Of a stretch of 64,000 nucleotides of DNA, positions 1 to 9,484 are shown piece by piece. The translations under genes were made by a program, and so were the position numbers. Location: contig OZ250173.1 of assembly GCA_965238075.1 (NCBI GenBank), positions 3,072,001-3,136,000 of the forward strand. The letters are read 5' to 3'. Numbering within the stretch: position 1 is the first letter of the stretch; each line of letters begins with the position of its first letter. A model generated the notes under the pieces. The model searched no databases and had not been told where the DNA came from. It saw only the letters and a list, made by a program, of their open reading frames with translations. The stretch is from Candidatus Entotheonellaceae bacterium (lineage in GTDB: Bacteria > Tectomicrobia > Entotheonellia > Entotheonellales > Entotheonellaceae).

Positions 1-1
1 C

Positions 2-619
2 TGTGAGCGTCTCCTGTACGTGATGCGGCACGGGCTTACCGACTGGAATCAATCGAGACGCATTCAGGGCCATCTTGATCCGCCTCTCAACGCCACGGGA
101 AGGGCGCAGGCCCGCTTGGCTGGCTTACGCTTGGCCCTCCTGGGCGCTGCCGCTCTTTACAGTAGCGACTTGCAACGTGCTTCCGAGACAGCCCACCTGG
201 TCAGCCGGGCCACCGGGCTGCAGGTCATCCAAAATGTCGGCCTGCGCGAAATCAACTTCGGCGTTTGGCAAGGTCTGTCGTCGCAGGAGATTCGGCAGCG
301 CCACCCGGACGTGTATGCGGCGCGGCGCGATAATCCCTATGATGTGGCGCCGGCCGGGGCCGAAACCTGGCGGCAGTTCTACGCCCGTGCCGTTCAGGCC
401 GTGGGTGAGATTCTCGCCGCAACGCCAGCGGGGCCGTTGGTGCTGGTGACGCACAGCGGCGTCTGCACGGTGTTGGGATTGCGTGCCCAAGGACTCGACT
501 GCACGGGCCGGCGGACCTTCGAATCCCACAATTGCGGCATTCACACGGTTTCCGTCTGCGGCGACCGCTGGCGTGCTGTGCGGTTCAATGACACGTCCCA
601 TCTGGTTTCGCCTTCCTGA
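2..619 (+). CDS. Histidine phosphatase (phosphoglycerate mutase-like) family protein, probably 5'-truncated by the window edge
   Basis: RHGxTxWN catalytic motif, SSDLxRA, LREINFGxWQG, and late VTHSG His. The frame is open from position 2 (CERLLYVMRHG). Confidence 0.88.
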   Translation, partial: CERLLYVMRHGLTDWNQSRRIQGHLDPPLNATGRAQARLAGLRLALLGAAALYSSDLQRASETAHLVSRATGLQVIQNVGLREINFGVWQGLSSQEIRQRHPDVYAARRDNPYDVAPAGAETWRQFYARAVQAVGEILAATPAGPLVLVTHSGVCTVLGLRAQGLDCTGRRTFESHNCGIHTVSVCGDRWRAVRFNDTSHLVSPS

Positions 620-657
620 TGGATTTCCAACCTGGCGCCCGAAGCGGGTAGGGGAAC

Positions 658-1281
658 ATGCTTCGAATCGCGGTGTTGCTCTCCGGAACAGGTCGAAGTC
701 TGGACAATCTCCAGCAGGAGATCGCCGCGGGTCGCCTGCGCGCCGGTATTGCCGTGGTCATCAGCAGCAAGCCGGAGGCGTACGGTCTGGTGCGAGCCAA
801 GGCGCACGGCCTGGACGCTGTGGCGGTGTCGCGGCGGGATTATCCGGACCTGGAAGCCTTTAACGCGGCGATCAATGCAGCGCTGGTGCCGTACGATGTC
901 GGCCTGGTGGTGTTGGCGGGTTTTTTGTCGCTCTACCAGCCGCCGCCGGAACTGGGCGGGCGGGTGATGAATATCCATCCTGCCCTGCTGCCGGCTTTTG
1001 GGGGGAAGGGGTTCTACGGCGACCGGGTGCACCAGGCGGTGCTCGATTCGGGGGTGAAGCTGAGTGGTTGCACGGTCCATTTCGCCGAATCCCGGTACGA
1101 CCGCGGCCCGATTATTTTGCAGACGGCCGTGCCGGTGCTCGACGATGACACGGTGCAATCTCTGGCTGCGCGCGTCTTTGCCGCCGAGTGCGAGGCTTAT
1201 CCGCGAGCTATTCAACTATTCGCTGATGACCGGTTGCGCTTGGAAGGGCAGCGCGTGCGTATCCTGCCGGCCGGGGGTTGA
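658..1281 (+). CDS. purN: Phosphoribosylglycinamide formyltransferase
   Basis: IAVLLSGTGRSL, LVVLAGF, NIHPALLPAFGG, SGCTVHF, YDRGPII motifs. Confidence 0.95.
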   Translation: MLRIAVLLSGTGRSLDNLQQEIAAGRLRAGIAVVISSKPEAYGLVRAKAHGLDAVAVSRRDYPDLEAFNAAINAALVPYDVGLVVLAGFLSLYQPPPELGGRVMNIHPALLPAFGGKGFYGDRVHQAVLDSGVKLSGCTVHFAESRYDRGPIILQTAVPVLDDDTVQSLAARVFAAECEAYPRAIQLFADDRLRLEGQRVRILPAGG

Positions 1282-1414
1282 ACCCGACATTTTTTTCTTG
1301 AAGTCCCGATGGCCGAATGCCACTATGAAGACCGTAAATGCAAGTTGCAATAAACGAGCTTTGCGGCTCCTGTGATGGCATCCGGCAGCCCTCATTCTGG
1401 ACGAGGAAGTTCTC

Positions 1415-3130
1415 ATGAACGACTTTGAACGCGAGGAAATCAGCGCCCGCTCGGACGACTCGGAATCTCTCGATTTTTTCCCGCCGCATTACCGTGTTGG
1501 CCGCACCAAGTTCATCGTCGTCACGGGCGGGGTCATGTCCGGCGTCGGCAAGGGCGTGTGCACCGCTTCGCTGTCGCACCTGCTGCAACAGCTGGGCTTC
1601 AGTGTCACCACCATGAAAATCGACGGCTATCTCAACGTCGATGCCGGCACCCTTAATCCCTATCGCCACGGTGAAACCTTTGTGCTGGATGACGGCACCG
1701 AGTGCGACCTCGACCTCGGCACCTACGAGCGTTTCCTCGACACCACCCTGAACCGCAACAACTACATGACCTCCGGCAAAATATACGCCCGTATCCTGGC
1801 CAAGGAGCGGCGCGGTGAGTACCTTGGCCGGGACGTGCAGATCGTGCCGCACGTCACCGGCGAGATCAAATATCTCATGCGCCAGAAAGCCCAGGAAGGG
1901 CCTTACGACATGGTCTTGGTGGAGATCGGCGGCACCGTCGGTGACATCGAGAACGTGCACTTCATCGAGGCTGCGCGCGAGTTGATCCGTGACGAAGGGC
2001 GCGACAACGTCATGTACATCCACGTCACCATGGTGCCGTGGTCGGAGGCCACCGGCGAGCAGAAGAGCAAGCCGACCCAGCACAGCATCAAGAAGTTGCT
2101 GGAGATGGGCGTGCAGCCGGACATCATCGTGTGCCGGTCCAAGCATGATCTGCAGCGCAAAGTCCGCGAGAAAATCAGCTTGCACTGCAACGTGCCCATC
2201 GATCACGTCATCAGCAATCCCGACACGGAAAGCGTGTATACGTTGCCAGCCCTCTTCCAAGAACAGCATCTTGCGGAAACGGCCATCAGCCGGCTGCGAT
2301 TGAATATGCCGTACCCTGCCGAGGGCGAGAAGCAGGTGCCCTTTGCGCCGTTCTTGCGCCATGTCCGCCGCAAGAATCCACCGCTTACGATCGCCATGAC
2401 CGGCAAGTATTCCACCATGAAAGATTCGTACCTCAGCATCACCAACGCCCTGGAGCACACGGAACCCGCCGAGGGCGTGCACATTGACGTTCGTTTCTTG
2501 GACACCACCGATTTCGACAACGCCTCGCCGGCAATGTTGAGGGAGAACCTGCACGACGTGCACGGTATTCTGGTGCCCGGCGGCTATGGGGTACGGGGCA
2601 CGGAGGGCATCATTCGCTGCATTCGCTACGCCCGTGAGCGCCAGGTGCCGTACCTGGGCCTGTGTCTGGGCTTTCAGTTGGCGGCCATCGAGTTTGGGCG
2701 CTCGGTGTGCGGGGTGGAAAAGGCCACCAGCACCGAGTTCGATCCCCACACCCAGGAGCCGTTGATCTGCCTGCTGCCGGAGCAGCAACAGGTCCGCAAC
2801 CTTGGGGGCACGCAGCGTCTGGGCGGCCACGACGTCGCGCTGCTACCGGGCAGTCGGGTGCAGGCCTTTTACGGCCGCGATACGGTTCGTGAACGGTTCC
2901 GACACCGCTACGAGCTCAACAACGACTACAAGGTGGCTTTTGAGAAATGCGGCGTTGTCTTCTGCGGCATGACCCCGGATCAGCGTGTCATGCAGATTTT
3001 CGATTACCCAGCCCACCCGTTCTTCGTCGCCACCCAATTTCACCCCGAATTGCTCTCCCGGCCCCTGCGCCCACACCCGCTCTTCCTGGCCTTTGTGCAG
3101 GCAGCGAAGAAGCATCAAAACCCGTCGTAA
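1415..3130 (+). CDS. pyrG: CTP synthase
   Basis: TGGVMSGVGKG P-loop, HGETFVLDDG, EIGGTVGDIE, KSKPTQHS, GLCLG glutaminase Cys, QFHPE. Confidence 0.97.
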   Translation: MNDFEREEISARSDDSESLDFFPPHYRVGRTKFIVVTGGVMSGVGKGVCTASLSHLLQQLGFSVTTMKIDGYLNVDAGTLNPYRHGETFVLDDGTECDLDLGTYERFLDTTLNRNNYMTSGKIYARILAKERRGEYLGRDVQIVPHVTGEIKYLMRQKAQEGPYDMVLVEIGGTVGDIENVHFIEAARELIRDEGRDNVMYIHVTMVPWSEATGEQKSKPTQHSIKKLLEMGVQPDIIVCRSKHDLQRKVREKISLHCNVPIDHVISNPDTESVYTLPALFQEQHLAETAISRLRLNMPYPAEGEKQVPFAPFLRHVRRKNPPLTIAMTGKYSTMKDSYLSITNALEHTEPAEGVHIDVRFLDTTDFDNASPAMLRENLHDVHGILVPGGYGVRGTEGIIRCIRYARERQVPYLGLCLGFQLAAIEFGRSVCGVEKATSTEFDPHTQEPLICLLPEQQQVRNLGGTQRLGGHDVALLPGSRVQAFYGRDTVRERFRHRYELNNDYKVAFEKCGVVFCGMTPDQRVMQIFDYPAHPFFVATQFHPELLSRPLRPHPLFLAFVQAAKKHQNPS

Positions 3131-3159
3131 TTACCATGACCCCCGTTCAATCTCCGAAA

Positions 3160-3261
3160 CGTCATGCCGGGCTTGACCCGGCATCCAGTCTTCAGCGGGG
3201 AGCTGGGGCGAATCCTCAGCTGGACACGGTCGCTGGGATTCCGGCTTGCGCCGGAATGACG
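3160..3261. repeat. Inverted doublet of CGTC-tagged REP-like palindromes
   Basis: CGTC-ATGCCGGG-cttga-CCCGGCAT-CCA at 3160-3187 and GG-ATTCCGGC-ttgc-GCCGGAAT-GACG at 3236-3261, with a central imperfect hairpin at 3201-3221. Lies in the pyrG-purL spacer. Confidence 0.75.
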
Positions 3262-3314
3262 GTATGGGGGCTTGGTAAGGGATGTTTTCATAAGAACGCG
3301 CCGCGAGGTAACCC

Positions 3315-6287
3315 GTGCGGAACGTGACGATTCTGGTTGTCAGTCCGCGTCCGCAGATGCGGGACGTGCGCGGTGAGGCCCTGTTGCGCAGCCTGCGGGC
3401 GGATGCTCATCTTGCCGTCGAGCAGGTGAGAACGGCGGCCCTGTATACCATCCGTTCGCCGCGTTCCGTCGAAGAGTTGGAACCCGCCCGGCGAGCGCTC
3501 TTCACGGACGCCGTAGTCGAGGAATCGCGCTGGGACCAGCGGCCCTCTATGCCGTGCCGGTGGATCGTGCAGGTCGCCATGCTGCCCGGGGTGACGGACA
3601 ACGTAGGCCGCACGGCATCGCGGGCTCTGGAGGAGATGCTCGCCCGCCCGCTTGAGGGTGAGGTTTATACCTCGCTGCTCTACCTGATTGACGGCGATCT
3701 GCAACGCGACGATGTCGAACTCGCCGTACGGGATTTTCTCGCCAATCCCCTGGTTCAGCAGTGGCGCATCACCGCAGCGGCCGATTGGCAGGACGGTCCC
3801 GAAGCATTTCTGCCGCCGCCGATTGCCGGCGCCGACCACCCGCCGCGCGTCGCCTCCATATCGCTGGATATCAGTGACGACGCTCTGCTGCGCCTCAGTC
3901 AGGAGGGGTTGCTGGCCCTGAATCTGGCCGAGATGAAGGCCATTCAGGCGTACTTTCATGATCCGCAACGCTGTGCCCGACGGCAAGCCTACGGGCTGGG
4001 TCCTGCGCCCACGGACGTCGAGCTCGAAACACTGGCGCAAACCTGGTCGGAGCACTGCAAGCACAAAATTTTCCAGAGCACTATCGACTATCAGGACGAG
4101 CACGGGACGTCCATCACGATCCGCAGCCTGTTCAAGAGTTACATTGTGCGTGCCACCGAGGAGATCGGCCAGCGGGTTGACTGGCTGCGTTCGGTGTTCC
4201 ATGACAATGCCGGGGTCATCGCGTTCAACGAAGAATGGAACTTGGCGATGAAGGTGGAGACGCACAACACGCCGTCCGCCCTGGACCCGTATGGCGGGGC
4301 GATTACCGGGATTCTGGGCGTCAACCGAGATCCGTTTGGCACGGGCATGGGCTGCCGGCTGCTGTTCAACACGGATGTCCTGTGCTTCGCGTCCCCCGAC
4401 TATTCACAGCCCTTGCCGGGGCGCTTGCTGCACCCCAAACGCATCTTCGAGGGCGTGCATCGCGGCATCAAGGACGGCGCCAATCAAAGCGGCATTCCCG
4501 ACGTCAACGGCGCGGTGGTTTTCGACGAGCGCTTTTCCGGCAAACCCTTGGTGTTTTGCGGCACGGGCGGGCTGATGCCGACCCGCATCGGCGGCGAACT
4601 GGCGCACCTCAAGGCGGCCCACGTCGGGGATTACGTGGTAATGGTTGGCGGCCGCATCGGCAAGGATGGCATCCACGGCGCGACGTTTTCGTCCGTTGAA
4701 CTGGACGAGGCGTCCCCGGCCTCAGCCGTGCAGATCGGTGATGCCATTACGCAAAAGAACATGTTCGACATGCTGCTTGAAGCACGCGACCGGCAGTTAT
4801 ACAGCTGCATTACCGACAACGGCGCCGGCGGTTTGTCGTCGTCGGTGGGCGAAATGGCCCAATTCAGCAACGGCTGCGAGCTGCACCTGGAGCGCGCGCC
4901 GCTGAAATATCCGGGCCTTGATCCTTGGGAGATTCTGGTATCGGAATCCCAGGAGCGCATGACCGTTGCCGTGCCGCCGGAGCGGCTCGAAGCGTTTCTG
5001 GCGCTGGCCGCGCGGCGAGAGGTGGAAGCGACGGTTCTGGGCACGTTTACCGATACGGGCCTGTTTCACGTGCGCTACGATGGCAATACCGTCGCCCTGC
5101 TTGAAATGGCGTTTCTGCATGACGGGCTGCCGGAAATGCGCCTCCCGGCTCGCTGGCAACTCCCCCGCTTTGCCGAGCCGACGTTTGCCTGCCCCGCCGA
5201 CCTGACGGCATCGCTGCTGCAACTGCTGGGTCGCCTCAATATCTGCAGCAAGGAATGGGTTATCCGCCAGTACGATCACGAGGTGCAGGGCACCAGCGTC
5301 GTCAAGCCGCTGGTCGGCGCGCAAAATGACGGTCCGAGCGACGCTGCCGTGCTGCGTCCGCTGCCGGACTCTATGGAAGGGGTCATCGTGGCCAACGGCA
5401 TCTGCCCGCGCTACAGCGACATCGACACCTATCACATGGCGGCCAACGCGATTGATGAAGCCATCCGCAACGTCATTGCCGTGGGCGGGCGGCTCGGTCA
5501 CGTCGCCGGCCTGGACAATTTCTGCTGGCCCGACCCGGTGCTCAGCCCCGGCACGCCGGATGGCCCTTACAAGCTGGCGCAGTTGGTGCGCGCCAATCAG
5601 GCGCTCTACGACTGCTGCACGGCTTATGGGGTGCCGTGCATTTCCGGCAAGGACAGCATGAAGAACGACTACCACGTTGGCGACGTCAAAATCTCCGTGC
5701 CGCCAACGCTGCTGTTCTCCGTCATGGCGCGCATGCCGGACGTGCGGCGGGCTGTGACGATGGACGCCAAGCAGGCGGGCGATTTGATGTTCGGGGTAGG
5801 GGAGACACGGGACGAACTGGGAGGTTCGGAGTACTACGCCATGCACGGCGCCGTCGGCAACCGCGTGCCGCGCGTTGACACGCAACGTGCCCGCACTCTC
5901 TACGACGCGCTGGCCGACGCCATGCAGCGCGGCTTGATCAACGCTTGCCACGACTGCTCGGACGGCGGGTTTGCCGTGGCCGCCGCCGAGATGGCCTTTG
6001 CGGGCGGCCTGGGCATGCGCCTCGACCTGCGCGCCATGCCGCGCGCGGCCGACGTGACCCGTGACGACACGCTGCTGTTTTCGGAAACGGCCAGCCGCTT
6101 CGTGGTGACCGTGCCGGCCGCCCACGGCGCGGCGTTCCGGGACATCATGCCCGCCGGCTCGTGCGACGAAATCGGCTCGGTACACCACGCCCCCGAGTTT
6201 ATGGTCACAGGTTTGGGGGGAGAGGTCGTCATCGCCAGCCGGATTGACGAGTTGAAGGCGGCTTGGCAGCGACCGCTTGCTTGGTGA
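3315..6287 (+). CDS. purL: Phosphoribosylformylglycinamidine synthase synthetase subunit with N-terminal PurS-like region and no glutaminase domain
   Basis: QTWSEHCKHKIF, KVETHNTPSALDPYGGA, DNGAGG, SESQERM, QYDHEV, ISGKDSM, HDCSDGG. The N-terminal ~190 aa contain PurS-like LANPLVQ. Confidence 0.95.
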   Translation: MRNVTILVVSPRPQMRDVRGEALLRSLRADAHLAVEQVRTAALYTIRSPRSVEELEPARRALFTDAVVEESRWDQRPSMPCRWIVQVAMLPGVTDNVGRTASRALEEMLARPLEGEVYTSLLYLIDGDLQRDDVELAVRDFLANPLVQQWRITAAADWQDGPEAFLPPPIAGADHPPRVASISLDISDDALLRLSQEGLLALNLAEMKAIQAYFHDPQRCARRQAYGLGPAPTDVELETLAQTWSEHCKHKIFQSTIDYQDEHGTSITIRSLFKSYIVRATEEIGQRVDWLRSVFHDNAGVIAFNEEWNLAMKVETHNTPSALDPYGGAITGILGVNRDPFGTGMGCRLLFNTDVLCFASPDYSQPLPGRLLHPKRIFEGVHRGIKDGANQSGIPDVNGAVVFDERFSGKPLVFCGTGGLMPTRIGGELAHLKAAHVGDYVVMVGGRIGKDGIHGATFSSVELDEASPASAVQIGDAITQKNMFDMLLEARDRQLYSCITDNGAGGLSSSVGEMAQFSNGCELHLERAPLKYPGLDPWEILVSESQERMTVAVPPERLEAFLALAARREVEATVLGTFTDTGLFHVRYDGNTVALLEMAFLHDGLPEMRLPARWQLPRFAEPTFACPADLTASLLQLLGRLNICSKEWVIRQYDHEVQGTSVVKPLVGAQNDGPSDAAVLRPLPDSMEGVIVANGICPRYSDIDTYHMAANAIDEAIRNVIAVGGRLGHVAGLDNFCWPDPVLSPGTPDGPYKLAQLVRANQALYDCCTAYGVPCISGKDSMKNDYHVGDVKISVPPTLLFSVMARMPDVRRAVTMDAKQAGDLMFGVGETRDELGGSEYYAMHGAVGNRVPRVDTQRARTLYDALADAMQRGLINACHDCSDGGFAVAAAEMAFAGGLGMRLDLRAMPRAADVTRDDTLLFSETASRFVVTVPAAHGAAFRDIMPAGSCDEIGSVHHAPEFMVTGLGGEVVIASRIDELKAAWQRPLAW

Positions 6288-6378
6288 GTGGGGTTTTGAC
6301 TTGCAGCCATCTTTGTATTGTCCGTAAAGTCGTTATTAGACCGTGACAAGGGGCCCCCCGTACAGGGGAGACATCATC

Positions 6379-7242
6379 ATGACGGTTCCGTTTCCCACCT
6401 CTGCCATTCCTGCCGTCAACGTTGCTTCGGTGCCGCAGCGCAGTCCGTTGCGCTATCCGGGCGGCAAGACGTGGCTGATTCCACACATTCGGGCGTGGCT
6501 GGGTCGCACACCGCCGCATCCGCTGATCGTCGAGCCGTTTGCTGGCGGCGGTATCGTGTCGCTCACAGCGGTCATGGAGCGTTGGGTCAAGCGGGCGCTA
6601 ATGGTTGACTTCGACCACGACATAGCGGCCTTCTGGCGAGCGGTACTGTGTCATGGTTCAGACCTTGCCGAGCGGGTTCAACGCTTTACGCCCACCCGTG
6701 ACCGGATCGAAGATCTGGCGCGTCAAGCGCCGTACGACGTGATCGAGCACGGTTTCCGCACCCTGGTGCTGAACCGCACCCGGCGCGGCGGCGTTCTGGC
6801 GCCGGGCGCGGCGTTGACGAAAAACGGTGAGAATGGCAACGGAGTCGCGTCGCGTTGGTATCCCGGGACGCTTAGGAAGCGTCTCGCCGCGATCTCGGCT
6901 TGCGCGGAGTGCATCACCTTCTGCGAGGCTGACGGGGTGCGTCTGCTTGAAGACGTGGCGTTGCACCGTTCGGATGCGTGTTTCTTCATCGACCCGCCCT
7001 ACACGGCAGGCGGTAAGCGGGCCGGATCGCGGCTCTACGCGCATAACACGGTGGATCACGTCAAGCTATTCGAGTTGATGGCCTCAAGTCGCGCCGACTT
7101 CCTGATGACCTACGACTGCTCGGAGGAGATCGTTTCGCTCGTGCGTGCCCATGACTTCCATGCGGCGGTCGTTGTCATGAAAAACAACCACCACGCTCGG
7201 ATGCCCGAACTGGTCATCACGCGCGATCGGATGTTCACATGA
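6379..7242 (+). CDS. DNA N6-adenine methyltransferase, Dam/D12 (alpha) class
   Basis: SPLRYPGGK, EPFAGGG (motif I), catalytic DPPY. SD-like GGGGAG precedes ATG 6379. Confidence 0.9.
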   Translation: MTVPFPTSAIPAVNVASVPQRSPLRYPGGKTWLIPHIRAWLGRTPPHPLIVEPFAGGGIVSLTAVMERWVKRALMVDFDHDIAAFWRAVLCHGSDLAERVQRFTPTRDRIEDLARQAPYDVIEHGFRTLVLNRTRRGGVLAPGAALTKNGENGNGVASRWYPGTLRKRLAAISACAECITFCEADGVRLLEDVALHRSDACFFIDPPYTAGGKRAGSRLYAHNTVDHVKLFELMASSRADFLMTYDCSEEIVSLVRAHDFHAAVVVMKNNHHARMPELVITRDRMFT

Positions 7243-8091
7243 GCCGACGGCATCGCGGAGTGGTACGGTCATCCTTTCCTCGACCTGTTGCCGCACGACC
7301 GGCGACGATTTTCGGAAGTGGCGCTAACCGGCCAAGCACCGCCGCCGTGTCCTTTCCGGCAGATGCCCTGTAACAAGAGAGGCGGTGTTTGCAGCATCCA
7401 GCCATACGAGCCGGACGGCGACCACATCAGTCATGCGGCGGGCCATCCGGTGGTTGTCTGTCCGGTCAGGTTTGAACAGCAACAAATACTGATCAGGTGG
7501 CTGGCTGAGGTGGTAGGGTTTTCGCCGGAAGCCACGCTCGTAGCGCGGGAAATCCCGTTCATGCTTGGGACAAAAACCCGAAAGCCGGCTGGCAAAATCG
7601 ATCTGGTTGTCGCGCAGGATCAGCACGTTTTGACGTGGTTTGGGCTTGAGATTCAGGCTGTTTACTTCTCAGGTCCGGGTATGGATGTCGAGTTTGAGGC
7701 ATTGCGAGACAGCCAGTCGGACCGGCCACCATTTCCGCGTCGCATACGCCGTCCGGACTGGCGATCATCCAGCGCAAAGCGTCTGGCGCCGCAGCTCCAG
7801 ATCAAGGGGCCAACGCTTCGCCGGTGGCATTCCAAGATCGCGGTTGCAGTCGATAAACCGTTCTTTGCCTCTATTGGCGGGCCTTCAGACACGCCGAGTC
7901 ACGACCTTGATTCCGGCGATGTGATCTGGTTGGTGCCGGAGTTATCAGGCAATCGGCTCGAACGCGGGCATTGGGAGGTCTTAACGCTGGAAGCGTCAAC
8001 GGAGAAACTTCTATCCGCCAAGGCGATTCCGCGGCAGGAATTCGAGCAGGCTCTACGTAGGAAACTGACGCCGCTTACCGAAACTCAGTGA
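7243..8091 (+). CDS. NotI-family type II restriction endonuclease; start anomalous, possibly frameshifted
   Basis: CPF..C.K.GGVCS..CPxRF four-Cys pattern, GKID..LEIQAVYFSG PD-(D/E)xK-like core, RRPDWRSSSAKRLAPQL. GIAEWYG lies upstream of the annotated TTG at 7288. Confidence 0.78.
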   Translation, partial: ADGIAEWYGHPFLDLLPHDRRRFSEVALTGQAPPPCPFRQMPCNKRGGVCSIQPYEPDGDHISHAAGHPVVVCPVRFEQQQILIRWLAEVVGFSPEATLVAREIPFMLGTKTRKPAGKIDLVVAQDQHVLTWFGLEIQAVYFSGPGMDVEFEALRDSQSDRPPFPRRIRRPDWRSSSAKRLAPQLQIKGPTLRRWHSKIAVAVDKPFFASIGGPSDTPSHDLDSGDVIWLVPELSGNRLERGHWEVLTLEASTEKLLSAKAIPRQEFEQALRRKLTPLTETQ

Positions 8092-8137
8092 CACCGCAGA
8101 CTTCCCCATAAAAGCGGACAGCTTTTCAAATCCCTCC

Positions 8138-9409
8138 TCAGAACGGCAGCAGGCTACCGTCCGCCGCGAACGCCAGCGGTTCCGCCTCGCCGGCCGGCAT
8201 CAGGTCGTCCCGCTTTGACACTTCCGACAGGAAGGCTTCCGACACGTCCACTTCGGTCAGGTGCAGGGTGTTCTTGATGCGCACGACGCGGGCATCCTCG
8301 ATGCGGTCCAGGCCGAGGCAGGCCAGCGCTACGCCGATGGCTTCCTGCGCGGTGTCCATCACCGGCGGCAGCTTGCCGCCGCCCGGCGAGCAGGCGGTGA
8401 GATTGTTAATGTAGGTGGGCTCCCAGTTGACCGCATCCGCCAATTGGCGCGTGGTGAAGTCGGCGTTGCCGATACCGGTGGCGTTGCCGTAGCTGTTCGG
8501 CGTCAGGCCGCACACGGCGATAAAGGTGATTTTGGGATTGGTGAACGGGCGCTCGAAGAACGTCGTATGCCGGCCGATGACGTTGGTGTCCATCCCTGAT
8601 CCGGAAATGTCCTTGCCCATTTCGTCGACGATCAGCAGGTCGATGGGGTCGAACGGCAGCTTGGCCATCCATTCCTTGGCTTGGCGTAGCAATTCTCGCT
8701 CTCCGGCCTCGAGATCTCCCGGCAGGAAGGCGCGGGTAAGCGCGGTCTCGTCGTAGCCATTCTCGACGACCCCGAGCCCAAAGGCGATGCGGGCGCATTT
8801 CAGCATCTCGCGGCCCAGCGCGGTGATCATGGTTTCATAGCCCATCCGGATGTTGGCGCGATGCGCCTGCACCGCGCCGCGGTGCTTGCCCATGCCGATG
8901 GTCATCATCTTGAACATCCCCGATCCGATGTCGCCCGTAAAGCCGGTGTGCGGCTTTACCCGGTTGATCACCCCGATCCAATCCGCCTCGGCGGCGTAGC
9001 GGTCCAACCAGATCGGCAGACCGAGTACCTCACCGATCTGTACCACGTCCATCGTCGATTTGACGGGGCAGCCCATGGTCCCCTCGGTGACGCCGTAATG
9101 GGCCAACACGGCGGCTTGCCCCTCGGCGGTGCCGCCGCCGTGACTGCCCATGGCGGGGATGATGAACGGCTCGGCGCCCAGCGACTGCAGATATTTGACC
9201 GTCGCCTGCACGATGGTGTCGATATTCACGACGCCTCGGCTGCCGACCGTCAGGGCCACGGATTGCCCCGGCTTCATGGGCAGTTCCAAGTTGGAAAGGG
9301 TTTCTTGAACGGAGCCGGCCACGTCGGGGAGTTGGGGGCCCCCGAATTGCTGTTTGACCCGCAGCATGCGGGGGAACGTGGATGCGCGTGGAACACCTGT
9401 CAGTTGCAT
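8138..9409 (-). CDS. Lactate racemase (LarA-like)/DUF362-related domain protein
   Basis: GSRGV, PAMGSHGGGTAEGQ, NRVKPHT, GKDISGSGMDTNVIGR motifs typical of this uncharacterised family. Confidence 0.7.
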   Translation of the reverse strand: MQLTGVPRASTFPRMLRVKQQFGGPQLPDVAGSVQETLSNLELPMKPGQSVALTVGSRGVVNIDTIVQATVKYLQSLGAEPFIIPAMGSHGGGTAEGQAAVLAHYGVTEGTMGCPVKSTMDVVQIGEVLGLPIWLDRYAAEADWIGVINRVKPHTGFTGDIGSGMFKMMTIGMGKHRGAVQAHRANIRMGYETMITALGREMLKCARIAFGLGVVENGYDETALTRAFLPGDLEAGERELLRQAKEWMAKLPFDPIDLLIVDEMGKDISGSGMDTNVIGRHTTFFERPFTNPKITFIAVCGLTPNSYGNATGIGNADFTTRQLADAVNWEPTYINNLTACSPGGGKLPPVMDTAQEAIGVALACLGLDRIEDARVVRIKNTLHLTEVDVSEAFLSEVSKRDDLMPAGEAEPLAFAADGSLLPF

Positions 9410-9484
9410 GGGATCACCTCTCTCGGAGTTTCAAGGGCGGGATTTACTCCCGGAATTGAGGACGATGGTTGACGTGGCGCCGCG

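Noticed and set aside
1208-6188. Long antisense ORFs (1208-2830, 3288-4265, 4797-6188), and similarly 17175-18416 and 57004-58305
   Set aside because: They are shadows of well-supported genes on the opposite strand in GC-rich DNA and have no recognisable motifs.
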